This document shows, one piece after another, positions 9,314 to 19,361 of a stretch of DNA of 64,000 nucleotides (its first letter is position 1; every line of letters starts with the position of its first letter). The notes below the pieces were generated by a model. That model was not told the DNA's origin, made no database searches, and was given only the letters and a program-made list of their open reading frames with translations. The translations under genes and the position numbers were made by a program. The stretch lies in the IMG/VR virus record IMGVR_UViG_3300046009_012017; one strand, written 5' to 3'. Source of the DNA: an uncultured virus (IMG/VR IMGVR_UViG_3300046009_012017). Its lineage: Duplodnaviria > Heunggongvirae > Uroviricota > Caudoviricetes.

Positions 9314-9787
9314 ATGGAAAAAAGAGAAGCAACAATTGAAGCTATTTTAGCATTAAAAAATGACAAGTCTGCAAAAGCTTGGATCGGTCCCAACCACATT
9401 CTTTTTAAGGACAGCACAGAAAATCGAGACATGTTCCTAACCACCTATCGTATAAGAAATGCCTACGAGGAACTTCTTAATAAATTGGAAGTTAATGACG
9501 AGGTTACCGAAGATAAAGACATGACCCTCATTAAAAGATTTTTTGATATGATGTTCTATCCTCCTAGAAAAATGAGTATTAGTGATTGGAAGAACGGAAG
9601 AGATCCTATAGTAAAAATAGTTAAAGCTTATAAGGATACAAGATGGAAAGGTAATCGAAGAAGAAAACATGAGATAACCCTCCTATTGGACGATGGTAAA
9701 AAAGTTCAACTTAACCCCGGGGATATTCTTAATAGATTTTTTCACATCTGGGGTAACTTTGATTCTTTAATAAATTCTAAATTATAA
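9314..9787 (+). CDS. Hypothetical protein
   Basis: 157-aa ORF between two terminators, with its own promoter-like region. Confidence 0.75.
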   Translation: MEKREATIEAILALKNDKSAKAWIGPNHILFKDSTENRDMFLTTYRIRNAYEELLNKLEVNDEVTEDKDMTLIKRFFDMMFYPPRKMSISDWKNGRDPIVKIVKAYKDTRWKGNRRRKHEITLLLDDGKKVQLNPGDILNRFFHIWGNFDSLINSKL

Positions 9788-9811
9788 GTAGTATATTGTT
9801 AATAAATTATT

Positions 9812-9841
9812 AGCCGGCTTTCTAAAAAGCCGGCTTTTTTT
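9812..9841 (+). terminator. Intrinsic terminator
   Basis: AGCCGGCTTT-CTAA-AAAGCCGGCT followed by a T run. Confidence 0.85.
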
Positions 9842-9894
9842 GTTTTTTTTTAGTGGGAGGGGGGATATATAATCAATAAATAAATGATTAAGAA

Positions 9895-10266
9895 ATGGAA
9901 GAATTCGGCCCTCACATTACTATAGATCTAAAAGGATGCCCAAAAGAAACTTTAGCAAATTACGAGCTACACTTTAATTACTTAAAGAGTCTTCCAGAAT
10001 TAATTAAAATGACCCCTATAACACAGCCATACGTTTTTCCTTATTCTGGTTTAGTTCCAGAAGATAAAGGAATAACAGGAATTGTTATTATAGCTGAAAG
10101 CCATCTATCTGTACATTCGTTTGAAGAAAAGGGATATTGCTTTATAGATATATTTTCTTGTAAGGATATGGATGTAGAAAAAGCTATCCAAATAACTATA
10201 GATACTTTTAAACCTGCTGATTACGAAATCAATATGATTAAAAGAGGTAAGGATTTTCCTAGATAG
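9895..10266 (+). CDS. speD: Pyruvoyl-dependent S-adenosylmethionine decarboxylase family proenzyme (class 1b)
   Basis: G.H...DL.GC, GITGIVIIAESHLSVHSF (ES self-cleavage site), IDIFSC. Confidence 0.9.
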   Translation: MEEFGPHITIDLKGCPKETLANYELHFNYLKSLPELIKMTPITQPYVFPYSGLVPEDKGITGIVIIAESHLSVHSFEEKGYCFIDIFSCKDMDVEKAIQITIDTFKPADYEINMIKRGKDFPR

Positions 10267-10722
10267 TTAATGCTTATTAATTTCTTTCTTAATAAGATCA
10301 ATTTCGTTTATTATTTCGCTATTGTCCCTTTTTACTATTATAGTGGAAGTCCTGTTTGGACCTAGGGAATCCACAGTTCTATAAGCTTCTAGATTTGTTT
10401 GTCTTATTATTTGGTTATCTGAGCTTTTAGCCTTCCCCCTTAAATGATCTAGCATAGATATAAATTCTTTCTCCCTTTCTACAATCTGATTGGTGCAGTT
10501 TCTTTGTTCATTTCTTATTAAGTCGTCCTTGTACATTAAATCACTCTCCATCTTTTTTATTTTAGCGTCCATGTTATCTAGTTCATTTTTTAGATCGCTC
10601 TTATCTTGTATTAGCGAGGGTGAAATTGTAATTATAATGATTGATAACAGGATAAGTGATAGTGCTATTATCTTTTGCGGTGTTGAGAACTGAGCTATTA
10701 TTTGAGAGATGTATTTGAACAT
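10267..10722 (-). CDS. Membrane-anchored coiled-coil protein
   Basis: N-terminal TM helix followed by a heptad-rich region. Confidence 0.65.
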   Translation of the reverse strand: MFKYISQIIAQFSTPQKIIALSLILLSIIIITISPSLIQDKSDLKNELDNMDAKIKKMESDLMYKDDLIRNEQRNCTNQIVEREKEFISMLDHLRGKAKSSDNQIIRQTNLEAYRTVDSLGPNRTSTIIVKRDNSEIINEIDLIKKEINKH

Positions 10723-10760
10723 ATTTTTGTGTTATTTAGTATTTCTTAATATATACTCAT

Positions 10761-11069
10761 ATGATCAATATAATAAAGGGAAATTTAGAAATAATGGGGC
10801 AAGACCTTCCTGGTAAAATGGCCTGGACTAGTATCTCAGACGAGATTGAAGCTCTTGGTGGAAATGGATGGAGACTTCCTTATGAAAGCGAATTCAAAAC
10901 GATTAATGATCTTTACAAATTAGGTATAGGTGGGTTCAAACCTGCTAGATATTGGTCATATTCATCTTATTCCTCTAAGGCTTGGTATTATGATCTTAGT
11001 GTTGGATATTCTCCGCACATCATAGAGAAGACTAACCAGTATTACGTTAGACTGGTTAGAACTATATAG
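10761..11069 (+). CDS. DUF1566/Lcl C-terminal-like (C-type-lectin fold) protein
   Basis: GWRLP..E, YWS, AW, YYVRLVR. Confidence 0.7.
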   Translation: MINIIKGNLEIMGQDLPGKMAWTSISDEIEALGGNGWRLPYESEFKTINDLYKLGIGGFKPARYWSYSSYSSKAWYYDLSVGYSPHIIEKTNQYYVRLVRTI

Positions 11070-11101
11070 ATCTATTTCTCTTATTGAATTCTTATGACAT
11101 A

Positions 11102-11317
11102 TTAAATGTCATTTCTCATCCTAGCTAGGTTTTTCCTAACTGAATTATCAAGATCCTCAAATGTAGTTTTCAACCCTTTGTCGTAGATGTTAGATAATGA
11201 TCTAGCCACTTTGTTTTGGTCTAAGATTATTTCCCATTTAGGATTTTTCTCCTTGTTGATAATTTCATCAGCTATTTCTCTTCCTAGCTCTTGTATTTTC
11301 TTTTCGTATGTCTGCAT
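11102..11317 (-). CDS. Hypothetical protein
   Basis: ORF with probable start MQTYEKK. Confidence 0.55.
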   Translation of the reverse strand: MQTYEKKIQELGREIADEIINKEKNPKWEIILDQNKVARSLSNIYDKGLKTTFEDLDNSVRKNLARMRNDI

Positions 11318-11411
11318 GTTATTTTTATTGAGGTTAACCCGTTTTATTTCATATTCATTATATATCAAGAAATAAAAAAGCGGTTGATTGATATAATAGA
11401 GAAAACATTTT

Positions 11412-12386
11412 ATGAAAAAAGGCCCGATCTCTCAATTTATAGAAAGAAACTATAAACACTTTAATGCTGCAGCTTTAAAAGATGCAGCTGTAGCATATTC
11501 ACATCATGTAGACCACGGAGGTAAAATGCTAATATCATTAGGCGGTGCAATGAGTACTGCAGAGCTTGGTATATCCCTTGCTGAAATGATTAGAGAAGGA
11601 AAAGTTGATATTATTTCGTGTACTGGTGCGAATTTAGAGGAGGATATAATGAATCTAGTAGCTCACTCTCACTATAAAAGAATACCAAATTATAGGGATC
11701 TAACACCACAAGAAGAAAGAGAGCTTTTAGACAAAGGATGGAACAGGGTAACAGATACTTGTATTCCCGAGGAGGAAGCTTTTAGGAGACTACAATCCTA
11801 CATATATGATATATGGAAAGAAGCTGAAGATAGGGGTGAGAGATATTTTCCTCATGAATATATGTATAAATTAATCAATAGCGGAGTACTTGCACAGTAT
11901 TATGAAATTGATCCTAAAGATTCTTGGATGGTCGAAGCCGCTAAAAGAAATCTTCCTATGGTTGTTCCCGGGTGGGAGGATTCAACTATGGGAAATATAT
12001 TTGCTTCGTATGTTATTAAAGGCGAGCTAAAGGCAGACACAGTTAAAAGTGGGATCGAATATATGGTCGAGCTGAGCGAATGGTACAAAAGTAATTGCTC
12101 TGGTATGGGAATAGGATTCTTCCAAATAGGCGGTGGTATCGCAGGGGATTTTCCTATATGCGTGGTTCCTATGATGTATCAGGATCTTGAGTGGGAAGAC
12201 GTTCCATTCTGGGCTTACTTCTGTCAAATATCGGATTCGACTACTTCATATGGATCTTACTCTGGTGCAGTACCTAATGAAAAAATTACATGGGGTAAAC
12301 TAGATACTGACACTCCTAAATTTGTAGTTGAATCCGATGCAACTATAGTTGCTCCTCTTATTTTCTATTGGATATTAAATAAGTGA
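11412..12386 (+). CDS. Deoxyhypusine synthase-like protein (possible homospermidine synthase)
   Basis: HFNAA, GGAMSTAELG, CTGANLEED, PGWEDSTMGN, IGGGIAGDF, GSYSGAVPNEKITWGK, SDATIVAPL. Confidence 0.92.
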   Translation: MKKGPISQFIERNYKHFNAAALKDAAVAYSHHVDHGGKMLISLGGAMSTAELGISLAEMIREGKVDIISCTGANLEEDIMNLVAHSHYKRIPNYRDLTPQEERELLDKGWNRVTDTCIPEEEAFRRLQSYIYDIWKEAEDRGERYFPHEYMYKLINSGVLAQYYEIDPKDSWMVEAAKRNLPMVVPGWEDSTMGNIFASYVIKGELKADTVKSGIEYMVELSEWYKSNCSGMGIGFFQIGGGIAGDFPICVVPMMYQDLEWEDVPFWAYFCQISDSTTSYGSYSGAVPNEKITWGKLDTDTPKFVVESDATIVAPLIFYWILNK

Positions 12387-12409
12387 TATTGATATATACA
12401 CTATAATTA

Positions 12410-13090
12410 ATGATTTTGAAGCACCTTAAAACCATACACGAATTTACAGAGATCAATGAGCAGCTTTTTGCTAAATCAGCAGAGCTCTTTGCTAAGATGC
12501 TCGGAGCTTCTTCTGAAACTGCTAAAAAAGCAGAGAGTGTAGATCTAAAAAACGAAGGAGCTCTTAGTATAGCCAGTGATAAAAAAGCAAATTTAGTTGT
12601 TGTTTATGGAGGGGAAGATATAGACGGAAAAAAGAGCGGCGAATATATCGCTAACAATTTTACCGGAAAGATTGGATCTATAAATCTTTTTATCGCTAAA
12701 GATGGTGCAGTAGATGGAGCTAAATCTTATAAGAATGTAAAAAAACAGCTAGAAGATAAATCTGTAAAACCTGCTAAAAAGGTCCTTTATATTTTTTCTA
12801 AGGGATCAGAGCAGGGTATGTCTCTTCTAAAAACTTACGGAGCCTCAGAGTTTGATGCTATTTATATGGCTGATATATTTTTGGGTAATGGCAAAGTTGC
12901 TGATTTTTATAAAGAGCTAGCAAAAAACAACAAGGAGAAGCTTAGATATTTTTACACAAAGTCAGGATCTGGTAACGACGATGCAACAAAAACTATTGCT
13001 GATACACTGACTTACAAAAAGACTAGTGGTAATAACGACCACAAGGAAACAAATAAAGATGCTACTTCGGATCTACTTTCCAAAATATAA
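12410..13090 (+). CDS. Leader-bearing protein with possible alpha/beta-hydrolase fold
   Basis: KHLKTIHEF..INEQLF leader; VVVYGG and IFSKG (nucleophile-elbow-like); late His. Confidence 0.5.
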   Translation: MILKHLKTIHEFTEINEQLFAKSAELFAKMLGASSETAKKAESVDLKNEGALSIASDKKANLVVVYGGEDIDGKKSGEYIANNFTGKIGSINLFIAKDGAVDGAKSYKNVKKQLEDKSVKPAKKVLYIFSKGSEQGMSLLKTYGASEFDAIYMADIFLGNGKVADFYKELAKNNKEKLRYFYTKSGSGNDDATKTIADTLTYKKTSGNNDHKETNKDATSDLLSKI

Positions 13091-13098
13091 TTAATAGG

Positions 13099-13875
13099 AT
13101 GAAACATATAAAAAATATCTCAGAATTCAGTTTATTATATGAGCAGCTTTTCAGTAGAGAAATGGCAGTATTCAATAAATTGATGGGAATATCTGTAGAA
13201 GAGACTGGACAAGAAGAGCCTGGTATGATCCCCGCAGAAAACCCAACTGGATTAGGGAATGCTTTAGTCCCAGTTGTTAAATTAAGTACTGATCAATTAG
13301 ACAACTATGGATCTACTGTTGGTATAAGTGATAAGAGTGATAACGCTCCTATGAATCTTCCTCTAGCTGGACCAATTGGTAATATTGTAAATTCAGCTTA
13401 CGCTAATTTAAATGTTTCAACAAGAAAGATACCTGGTACTAAAAACGGAAATCTCGGATGTGCTGCTGCAGTATCTATTATTTTTTATAGAGCTACCGGA
13501 TATGCTATCGCAGGATCTGGAGCTATAACTTTAGGAACGGGCCATATGTACAACCACATGGAAAAGGAAAGTTCTAAAGCGGATGGTGTATGGGAAAAAA
13601 TAACCAACTGGGCAACTGAGTCTAAGCCGGGAGATATAATTATTACAGCAAGAGGAAGTAAAGCTGGACACGTTGGTGTTGTTGTTGAAGGAAATAATAT
13701 TATATCAAATTCATCTGGAGGATTCAAAGGTGATAAGAAAGGACAAATAGAAATGAACTACAACATAAATACTTGGAGTAGTGTTGCTAATAGAAACCCG
13801 CAAAAAACTGCATCATTCAGATATAAAGGTCCGTATAAGAAAACATGGGGTAAATCTGAGGGAGTTATAGCTTAA
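13099..13875 (+). CDS. Leader-bearing NlpC/P60-superfamily (papain-like) peptidoglycan hydrolase
   Basis: LGCAAAVS (Cys), PGDIII, GHVGVV (His), ISNSS. Confidence 0.7.
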   Translation: MKHIKNISEFSLLYEQLFSREMAVFNKLMGISVEETGQEEPGMIPAENPTGLGNALVPVVKLSTDQLDNYGSTVGISDKSDNAPMNLPLAGPIGNIVNSAYANLNVSTRKIPGTKNGNLGCAAAVSIIFYRATGYAIAGSGAITLGTGHMYNHMEKESSKADGVWEKITNWATESKPGDIIITARGSKAGHVGVVVEGNNIISNSSGGFKGDKKGQIEMNYNINTWSSVANRNPQKTASFRYKGPYKKTWGKSEGVIA

Positions 13876-14124
13876 ATCTTTTTTAACTCCAATAAATATA
13901 CTGGGATTTTTATTGATAAAATATGTGGTTTAAATGATCGCATAAGCACTTTAGAAGGCCCTTGAATAGAATACAGAGGGCTAAGCTTAAAAGTGATCTT
14001 AAAAGACAATTAAACGGTGAATATCCGGGTGTGTCCCCGAATTATAAACATGCAAAATATCTTTGGTGGTAGGAATCATTTTTTTATTCCTAATTTAATC
14101 TCTACATTTGAAAAAACATATTGT

Positions 14125-14349
14125 ATGGCAGAAAAAGTAATTAAAGTAAAAGACAATTATCGTACTAATCCAGAGAGCCATATTCCTGGTGGATCTGTGG
14201 TAGAAACTTTCAATGATAAAGAAATCCGATTAGTCTACGATAAGATAAAAAATCCGGGTGCTTATATTCGGAGAATTACGAAGGATCCGTCTATTATAAA
14301 AGTATATGTTGATGGAGAACTTAAGTTCGACAGAAATGGAGAACAGTAA
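14125..14349 (+). CDS. Hypothetical protein
   Basis: Start moved to MAEKVIK, downstream of TACATTTG at 14103. Confidence 0.7.
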   Translation: MAEKVIKVKDNYRTNPESHIPGGSVVETFNDKEIRLVYDKIKNPGAYIRRITKDPSIIKVYVDGELKFDRNGEQ

Positions 14350-14953
14350 GAAAATTCTATGTAGTGATCCTGTAGAAATATGGAAAGACGTTAATCATCA
14401 TATATTTCGAAAATATTATCAAGTTAGCAATTTAGGTAGAATAAAAACTAAAGGGAGACATGTAACTCGTGGTGGCCCTGCTAATAAATATACTTATTGG
14501 CTCAATGAGAGGATAGTATCTGTTAGAAGATCTAAAGAAAACCCGCATCTTTTCTGTTCTTTATATGCTACTAAGGTGTTAAATAGTAACAAAACAGCAT
14601 ATCTGCACAAATTAGTTGCAGAGTCTTTTATAAAAAGACCATCCAAGAAACATGTTTTTGTTACTCATATAGACGGAAATTATGAGAATAATATGGTTAC
14701 AAATCTTAAATGGATAACTGCATCAGAGAATTCTAAGAGAAATATAGAAAAATATCCAGAGAATAAAACAAAGCTTAAGGAACACAACGAAAAAGTTGGA
14801 TACTATGAAAATCTTAGACATCCTGCATGGGGTGAAGAAAATAAGATAAAAATAAAATACATGGTAAGATGGGGTGTTTCTATTGAAGAAATTTCTAGAA
14901 TATTTAAATGCTCATCTGCTACAGTTTATAAAATAGTAAAAACAATAAAATGA
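14336..14953 (+). CDS. NUMOD4-HNH homing-endonuclease-like protein with C-terminal HTH
   Basis: EIWKDV...YQVSNLGRIK, LHKLVAESFI, HIDGNYENN.VTNLKW.T.SEN. Confidence 0.85.
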   Translation: MENSKKILCSDPVEIWKDVNHHIFRKYYQVSNLGRIKTKGRHVTRGGPANKYTYWLNERIVSVRRSKENPHLFCSLYATKVLNSNKTAYLHKLVAESFIKRPSKKHVFVTHIDGNYENNMVTNLKWITASENSKRNIEKYPENKTKLKEHNEKVGYYENLRHPAWGEENKIKIKYMVRWGVSIEEISRIFKCSSATVYKIVKTIK

Positions 14954-15468
14954 AATATTTAGATTACGAAGTAACAGAGGAGCAAGACTCTATAGAGAAT
15001 ATCTTTTGTAAAGAACTGGAAAAAAGGGGAAAGACTAAGCCACTGAACGACCAGGAGGCTATGATATTGATGCACCTCATTTTGGAGAAAAATAAAGGTG
15101 GTGGATCAATCGATGATCTTTACGAAAAATTAAAAAATGAGTCCGCGTCTTTGTCGATACTAAAAGACAGAATAGAAAATCTAAATAGGATAATGTCAAA
15201 AGAGGCTCTTATATTATGTTCCATTTTTTGTAGAACTCCTGGCGAGTGCGTTATGTATGCTAACTATATAGCATATAAGATGAAAGTAAATAACTTAGAA
15301 ACTCTAAATATAGATGATCTATGTAGTCTTGTTTTCCCTTTCGGATTTTTTACCGATGAAACACTAGAGGAATTCTGGGACATACAGAAAGTTAGAGTAC
15401 CATCAGGTGAAAGAGGAAGCGACAATTTACTCGACTATCATGAAGCAAGTCTGAGTATATCGAAATAA
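14950..15468 (+). CDS. Hypothetical protein
   Basis: 172-aa ORF in operon. Confidence 0.75.
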   Translation: MKYLDYEVTEEQDSIENIFCKELEKRGKTKPLNDQEAMILMHLILEKNKGGGSIDDLYEKLKNESASLSILKDRIENLNRIMSKEALILCSIFCRTPGECVMYANYIAYKMKVNNLETLNIDDLCSLVFPFGFFTDETLEEFWDIQKVRVPSGERGSDNLLDYHEASLSISK

Positions 15469-15505
15469 AACTTCCTTTTTTGACTATAATAATTAAAACG
15501 TTTTT

Positions 15506-16033
15506 ATGGGAAAAGGAATGGGAGGGATCCAATATATTAAGGATCTAATAGAAAAATACCCAAATGATTCAGATTTAGGAAGAGCACTAAGAAACTCTAT
15601 TATTTCTAGAGAATCTTTAAGCGAATTGCCCCCACTTGAGCAAGGAAATAAGAAGGGAATTGTTATTGGCGTTGATTTTGACGGAACTTGTGTTACCCAT
15701 GATTTTCCTTACGTTGGAAAAGACATAGGATCAGTTCCTGTACTAAAAAGAATGTGCGAATCAGGTAACATGCTAGTTCTCTGGACAATGCGATGTGACA
15801 AATTTTTAGCTGACGCAGTAAATTGGTTTAAAGAAAACGAAATACCTCTGTGGGGTATACAAACAAATCCTTTACAATCTTCGTGGACCTCATCTCCTAA
15901 AGCATATTGTGAGATCTATATAGATGATGCTGCTCTAGGATGTCCACTCAAGTATGACAAATCAATATCAACAAGAGGATTTGTAGATTGGGAAGAGGTT
16001 GAATCTATCCTAGAAAAGAGAGGGGTAATATAA
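15506..16033 (+). CDS. HAD-superfamily hydrolase
   Basis: IGVDFDGT motif I, LWTMR, K..., IYIDD. Confidence 0.85.
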   Translation: MGKGMGGIQYIKDLIEKYPNDSDLGRALRNSIISRESLSELPPLEQGNKKGIVIGVDFDGTCVTHDFPYVGKDIGSVPVLKRMCESGNMLVLWTMRCDKFLADAVNWFKENEIPLWGIQTNPLQSSWTSSPKAYCEIYIDDAALGCPLKYDKSISTRGFVDWEEVESILEKRGVI

Positions 16034-16557
16034 TGATAGATTTACCTGTTAAGTATTATGCGGGAATAGGATCTAGAGAAACCCCGCCGGGAATAGAACC
16101 GATGATAGAGGAGATCTGTAATATACTTCCAAAATTCGGTTATATTTTAAGATCGGGTGGCGCACCTGGCGCAGATTCGATGTTTGAGAAATATTCAGGA
16201 GATAACAAGGAAATATATCTTCCTTGGAGAGGTTTCAATGATAATGATTCGGAACTTTATCTGGATAATATGAATATAGAGTTTGTACAGAAAGCTAAAT
16301 CAACAGCGATGAAATATCATCCAAGATGGAACCAGCTTTCCCTTGCTGCAAAAAAGCTAATGACAAGAAACAGTTTTCAGGTTTTAGGACCAGATTTACA
16401 AAGCCCTGTATCTTTTGTCGTTTGTTGGACAACAGGAGGTAAAATATCAGGGGGAACTGGACAAGCTTTAAGAATAGCTAAGGATCTATCTATACCGATA
16501 TTTAATCTGTACGATAAGGATTGCTTACATAAAATAAAAATACAAATAAGTAAATAA
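16033..16557 (+). CDS. SLOG/DprA-like nucleotide-binding protein
   Basis: YAGIGSRETP, LRSGGAPGAD, RN..QVLG, GGTGQA. Confidence 0.8.
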   Translation: MIDLPVKYYAGIGSRETPPGIEPMIEEICNILPKFGYILRSGGAPGADSMFEKYSGDNKEIYLPWRGFNDNDSELYLDNMNIEFVQKAKSTAMKYHPRWNQLSLAAKKLMTRNSFQVLGPDLQSPVSFVVCWTTGGKISGGTGQALRIAKDLSIPIFNLYDKDCLHKIKIQISK

Positions 16558-17130
16558 ATGGCAGACACAATCAATTTACCAAATCCCAAGGAAAGGAATC
16601 TTTTCTTCGACAAACAAGTTACACAAAGTTCCATAAACGCCTTATCTAAGGAAATCGTAGAAATTAGTGAACATGACGCGTACATTAAAAAAATATACGA
16701 AGCCCATGATTTAACTTATAATCCCAAGCCGATTAAGATTTATATAGATTCTTATGGAGGATACGTTTATCAGTGCTTAGGTTTAATCGGTATAATGAGA
16801 TCTTCAAAAACTGATATCCATACCATAGTAACTGGATGCGCTATGTCTTGCGGATTTTTAATAGCAATATCAGGTCACAAAAGATTTGGATATCCTAAAT
16901 CAACCTATTTATATCACCAAGTAGCTGGAGGAGCTTTTGGTAAGGTTAAGGATATAGAGGAAGAATTAGTTGAGATATTAAGACTCCAAGAAAACATCGA
17001 GGAGATAACTCTAGAAAGCACTTCTATAACTAAAAAGATGCTTGAGAAAGCTTATAAGGGTAAGAAAGATTGGTATATGGATAGCCAAGAGGCTATTAGA
17101 TTAAGAGTTATAGATCAAATAATTGAGTAA
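16558..17130 (+). CDS. ClpP-like protease subunit
   Basis: IKIYIDSYGG, GCAMSCG (Ser), YLYHQ (His), DWYMDSQEA. Confidence 0.85.
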   Translation: MADTINLPNPKERNLFFDKQVTQSSINALSKEIVEISEHDAYIKKIYEAHDLTYNPKPIKIYIDSYGGYVYQCLGLIGIMRSSKTDIHTIVTGCAMSCGFLIAISGHKRFGYPKSTYLYHQVAGGAFGKVKDIEEELVEILRLQENIEEITLESTSITKKMLEKAYKGKKDWYMDSQEAIRLRVIDQIIE

Positions 17131-18557
17131 TGTCTGATGAGAAGGTAGTTTCCAAGTCTGTAGTAGATTTATCTACCCTAAATAAAGACCAAAGGGAAGC
17201 ATTTAACGAACTTAGGAATTTCATTTACGACCGAGAGAATGATGATATCTATGTGTTAAAAGGTTGGGCAGGAACTGGTAAAACCTATTGTGTTAGTGTT
17301 TTAGTTCGCTACGTGTTAGATGTCATATATCCGGACAAAAACTGGTATAAAATAGCCGTAACTGGTCCAACTAATAAATCAGTAAGGGTTATCAAGAAAA
17401 GTACCGGTATACGCAATACTAGGGTGGTTTTTCAGACTATACACAAGATGCTGGGACTTACTGAAAGAATAACTCCGGATGGTCAGCAAGAGTTTGTTAA
17501 CCAAGGGGACTTTGTTCCGCAGATCCAAAAGACAAAGCTTTTAATCATAGATGAGGTTTCTATGTTAAATGACGATCTATTTCACGAGATAATTAAATAT
17601 AGGGATAGGGTTAAGATTATATGTATGGGTGATCCCGCACAAATCCCACCAGTAGGAAAGCCCGACTGTATACCATTCAGAGAGGATCTATTAGAAATGT
17701 ATGGGATAAAAACTCTGGAGCTAAAAACAATAATGAGACAGAAGGGAGATAATCCTATTATAGACACGTCAGTAACGATCCGTAATGATTTAGAAAATCC
17801 TTACATAGATATAGGATGTGAATCTAAGACTAATGATAACGGGGAGGGCATACAATTTATAGATATAAACTCAGCAGAAACACGTACTTCTTTTACTGAT
17901 CTGCTTTCTTTGTATTTTAAAACAGAAGAATTCAAAGAGGATTCTGAATACTCCAAAGTAATCGCATGGAGAAATAAAACAGTTGATACAATGAATAATC
18001 TTGTTCGTAAGGTTATTTATGGGGAAGAAAATTTGGGATCTAAGATATTAATAGGGGAAAAGCTTATTGCGAATAATCCTATTATAGAAATGAATCAGAT
18101 CATCTTTAATACTAACGACGAGTTTAGTGTGGATGGTTTTGAAATAAAGAAGGAGAAGGTTAGAGTAGAGGGAGAGGAAGCTATTCTAAAATATTACGAA
18201 GCTAAAGTTAGTTTTCTTAACGATGAGGATAAAAAAATAGTCTATTACATAGATATATTACATGAGGATAGTGAATCTTACTTTTATGTTCTTGCTAATA
18301 AATTAAAAAAGATAGCAATAGAAAAAAGAGGTAAGGAGAAATCGTGGATTAAATACTATGATTTTTTGAGAAGATTTGCTGATGTGAGTTATGCTTATGC
18401 TATAACTGCACACAAATCTCAGGGTAGTACTTACAATACTGCTTTTGTTCTTGACGATGATATAGACGTTAACCCTAATGTAGTTGAAAGGAACCGAATA
18501 AAATACACAGCATACACAAGATCAAGTAAAAAACTCTATGTACTCAAAAGATTCTAG
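17130..18557 (+). CDS. SF1B DNA helicase (Dda/RecD2-like)
   Basis: GWAGTGKT, IIDEVSM, GDPAQIPPV, MRQ, YAITAHKSQGST, YTAYTR. Confidence 0.92.
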   Translation: MSDEKVVSKSVVDLSTLNKDQREAFNELRNFIYDRENDDIYVLKGWAGTGKTYCVSVLVRYVLDVIYPDKNWYKIAVTGPTNKSVRVIKKSTGIRNTRVVFQTIHKMLGLTERITPDGQQEFVNQGDFVPQIQKTKLLIIDEVSMLNDDLFHEIIKYRDRVKIICMGDPAQIPPVGKPDCIPFREDLLEMYGIKTLELKTIMRQKGDNPIIDTSVTIRNDLENPYIDIGCESKTNDNGEGIQFIDINSAETRTSFTDLLSLYFKTEEFKEDSEYSKVIAWRNKTVDTMNNLVRKVIYGEENLGSKILIGEKLIANNPIIEMNQIIFNTNDEFSVDGFEIKKEKVRVEGEEAILKYYEAKVSFLNDEDKKIVYYIDILHEDSESYFYVLANKLKKIAIEKRGKEKSWIKYYDFLRRFADVSYAYAITAHKSQGSTYNTAFVLDDDIDVNPNVVERNRIKYTAYTRSSKKLYVLKRF

Positions 18558-18909
18558 AATTATATACACACTTATATTCTTCTTCAGCGTTGGGACTGCG
18601 GATGAATTTCTAAGATTGACTGGGTACAATCATGACGTAACTTCAATCCTTTATATCGGACTGATGATATACACTTTTCTCAACTATAATAGATACACAG
18701 ATGAAGGATATCTATGGGAGGGAGCCTTTCCTATTATAGGACTTTTCTCTTTAATGGAAATGTTTGCTAACATCTTTAATTTCTATTCTTCTTTCTTTGA
18801 GAGAATAGATTCTATTGTTTCCATAGTGGTTTGGATAAAATGTGTGCAGTATTTAAATGATTACAAAAAAAATAAAGAAGATAAAGATGGAAGTGTGGAA
18901 GAAATATAG
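18538..18909 (+). CDS. Multi-pass membrane protein
   Basis: About four hydrophobic segments. Confidence 0.6.
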   Translation: MYSKDSRIIYTLIFFFSVGTADEFLRLTGYNHDVTSILYIGLMIYTFLNYNRYTDEGYLWEGAFPIIGLFSLMEMFANIFNFYSSFFERIDSIVSIVVWIKCVQYLNDYKKNKEDKDGSVEEI

Positions 18910-19321
18910 ACACGTTGGGTATTCTTATCCAAATGTTCCCAAAGGTTGGGTATCTATAGTGGAAAATGCCATAAAAGATATCGAAAGAGAAATGTGGCCT
19001 CGATGGATTCCTCTTTTTATTAAAAGGAAAATTCACTATTGGGCTACTGGGGATAGCATTGTAAGAATTAAAAGTAATTTTTGGTATAGGGTGAGAAAAA
19101 AACTCACTAAGGGACAAATGGTAACTGATATAAAGGATAAGTTTGCTACCCTTCGAATATACGGATATTTTGGTCCGGAGATAGAAAAAATAATAGAAAT
19201 ATCAGAGGATCAGTGTTTTGCTACTTGTGAAAGATGTGGTAGCCAACAAAAGGTTCGAACTATAGGAAAAAACTGGATCTATAATTTGTGTAGATCCTGC
19301 AGATATCACAAAAAGAAATAA
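18887..19321 (+). CDS. Hypothetical protein with C-terminal Zn-ribbon
   Basis: IKDKFATLRIY; CERCG...CRSC. Confidence 0.7.
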   Translation: MEVWKKYRHVGYSYPNVPKGWVSIVENAIKDIEREMWPRWIPLFIKRKIHYWATGDSIVRIKSNFWYRVRKKLTKGQMVTDIKDKFATLRIYGYFGPEIEKIIEISEDQCFATCERCGSQQKVRTIGKNWIYNLCRSCRYHKKK

Positions 19322-19361
19322 ATCTATTTTTTATTAAAATATATAATTCTATCTTTATGAT

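Noticed and set aside
10761..11069. Diversity-generating retroelement target (DUF1566-like C-terminus)
   Set aside because: No reverse transcriptase and no adenine-variant template repeat seen in this window
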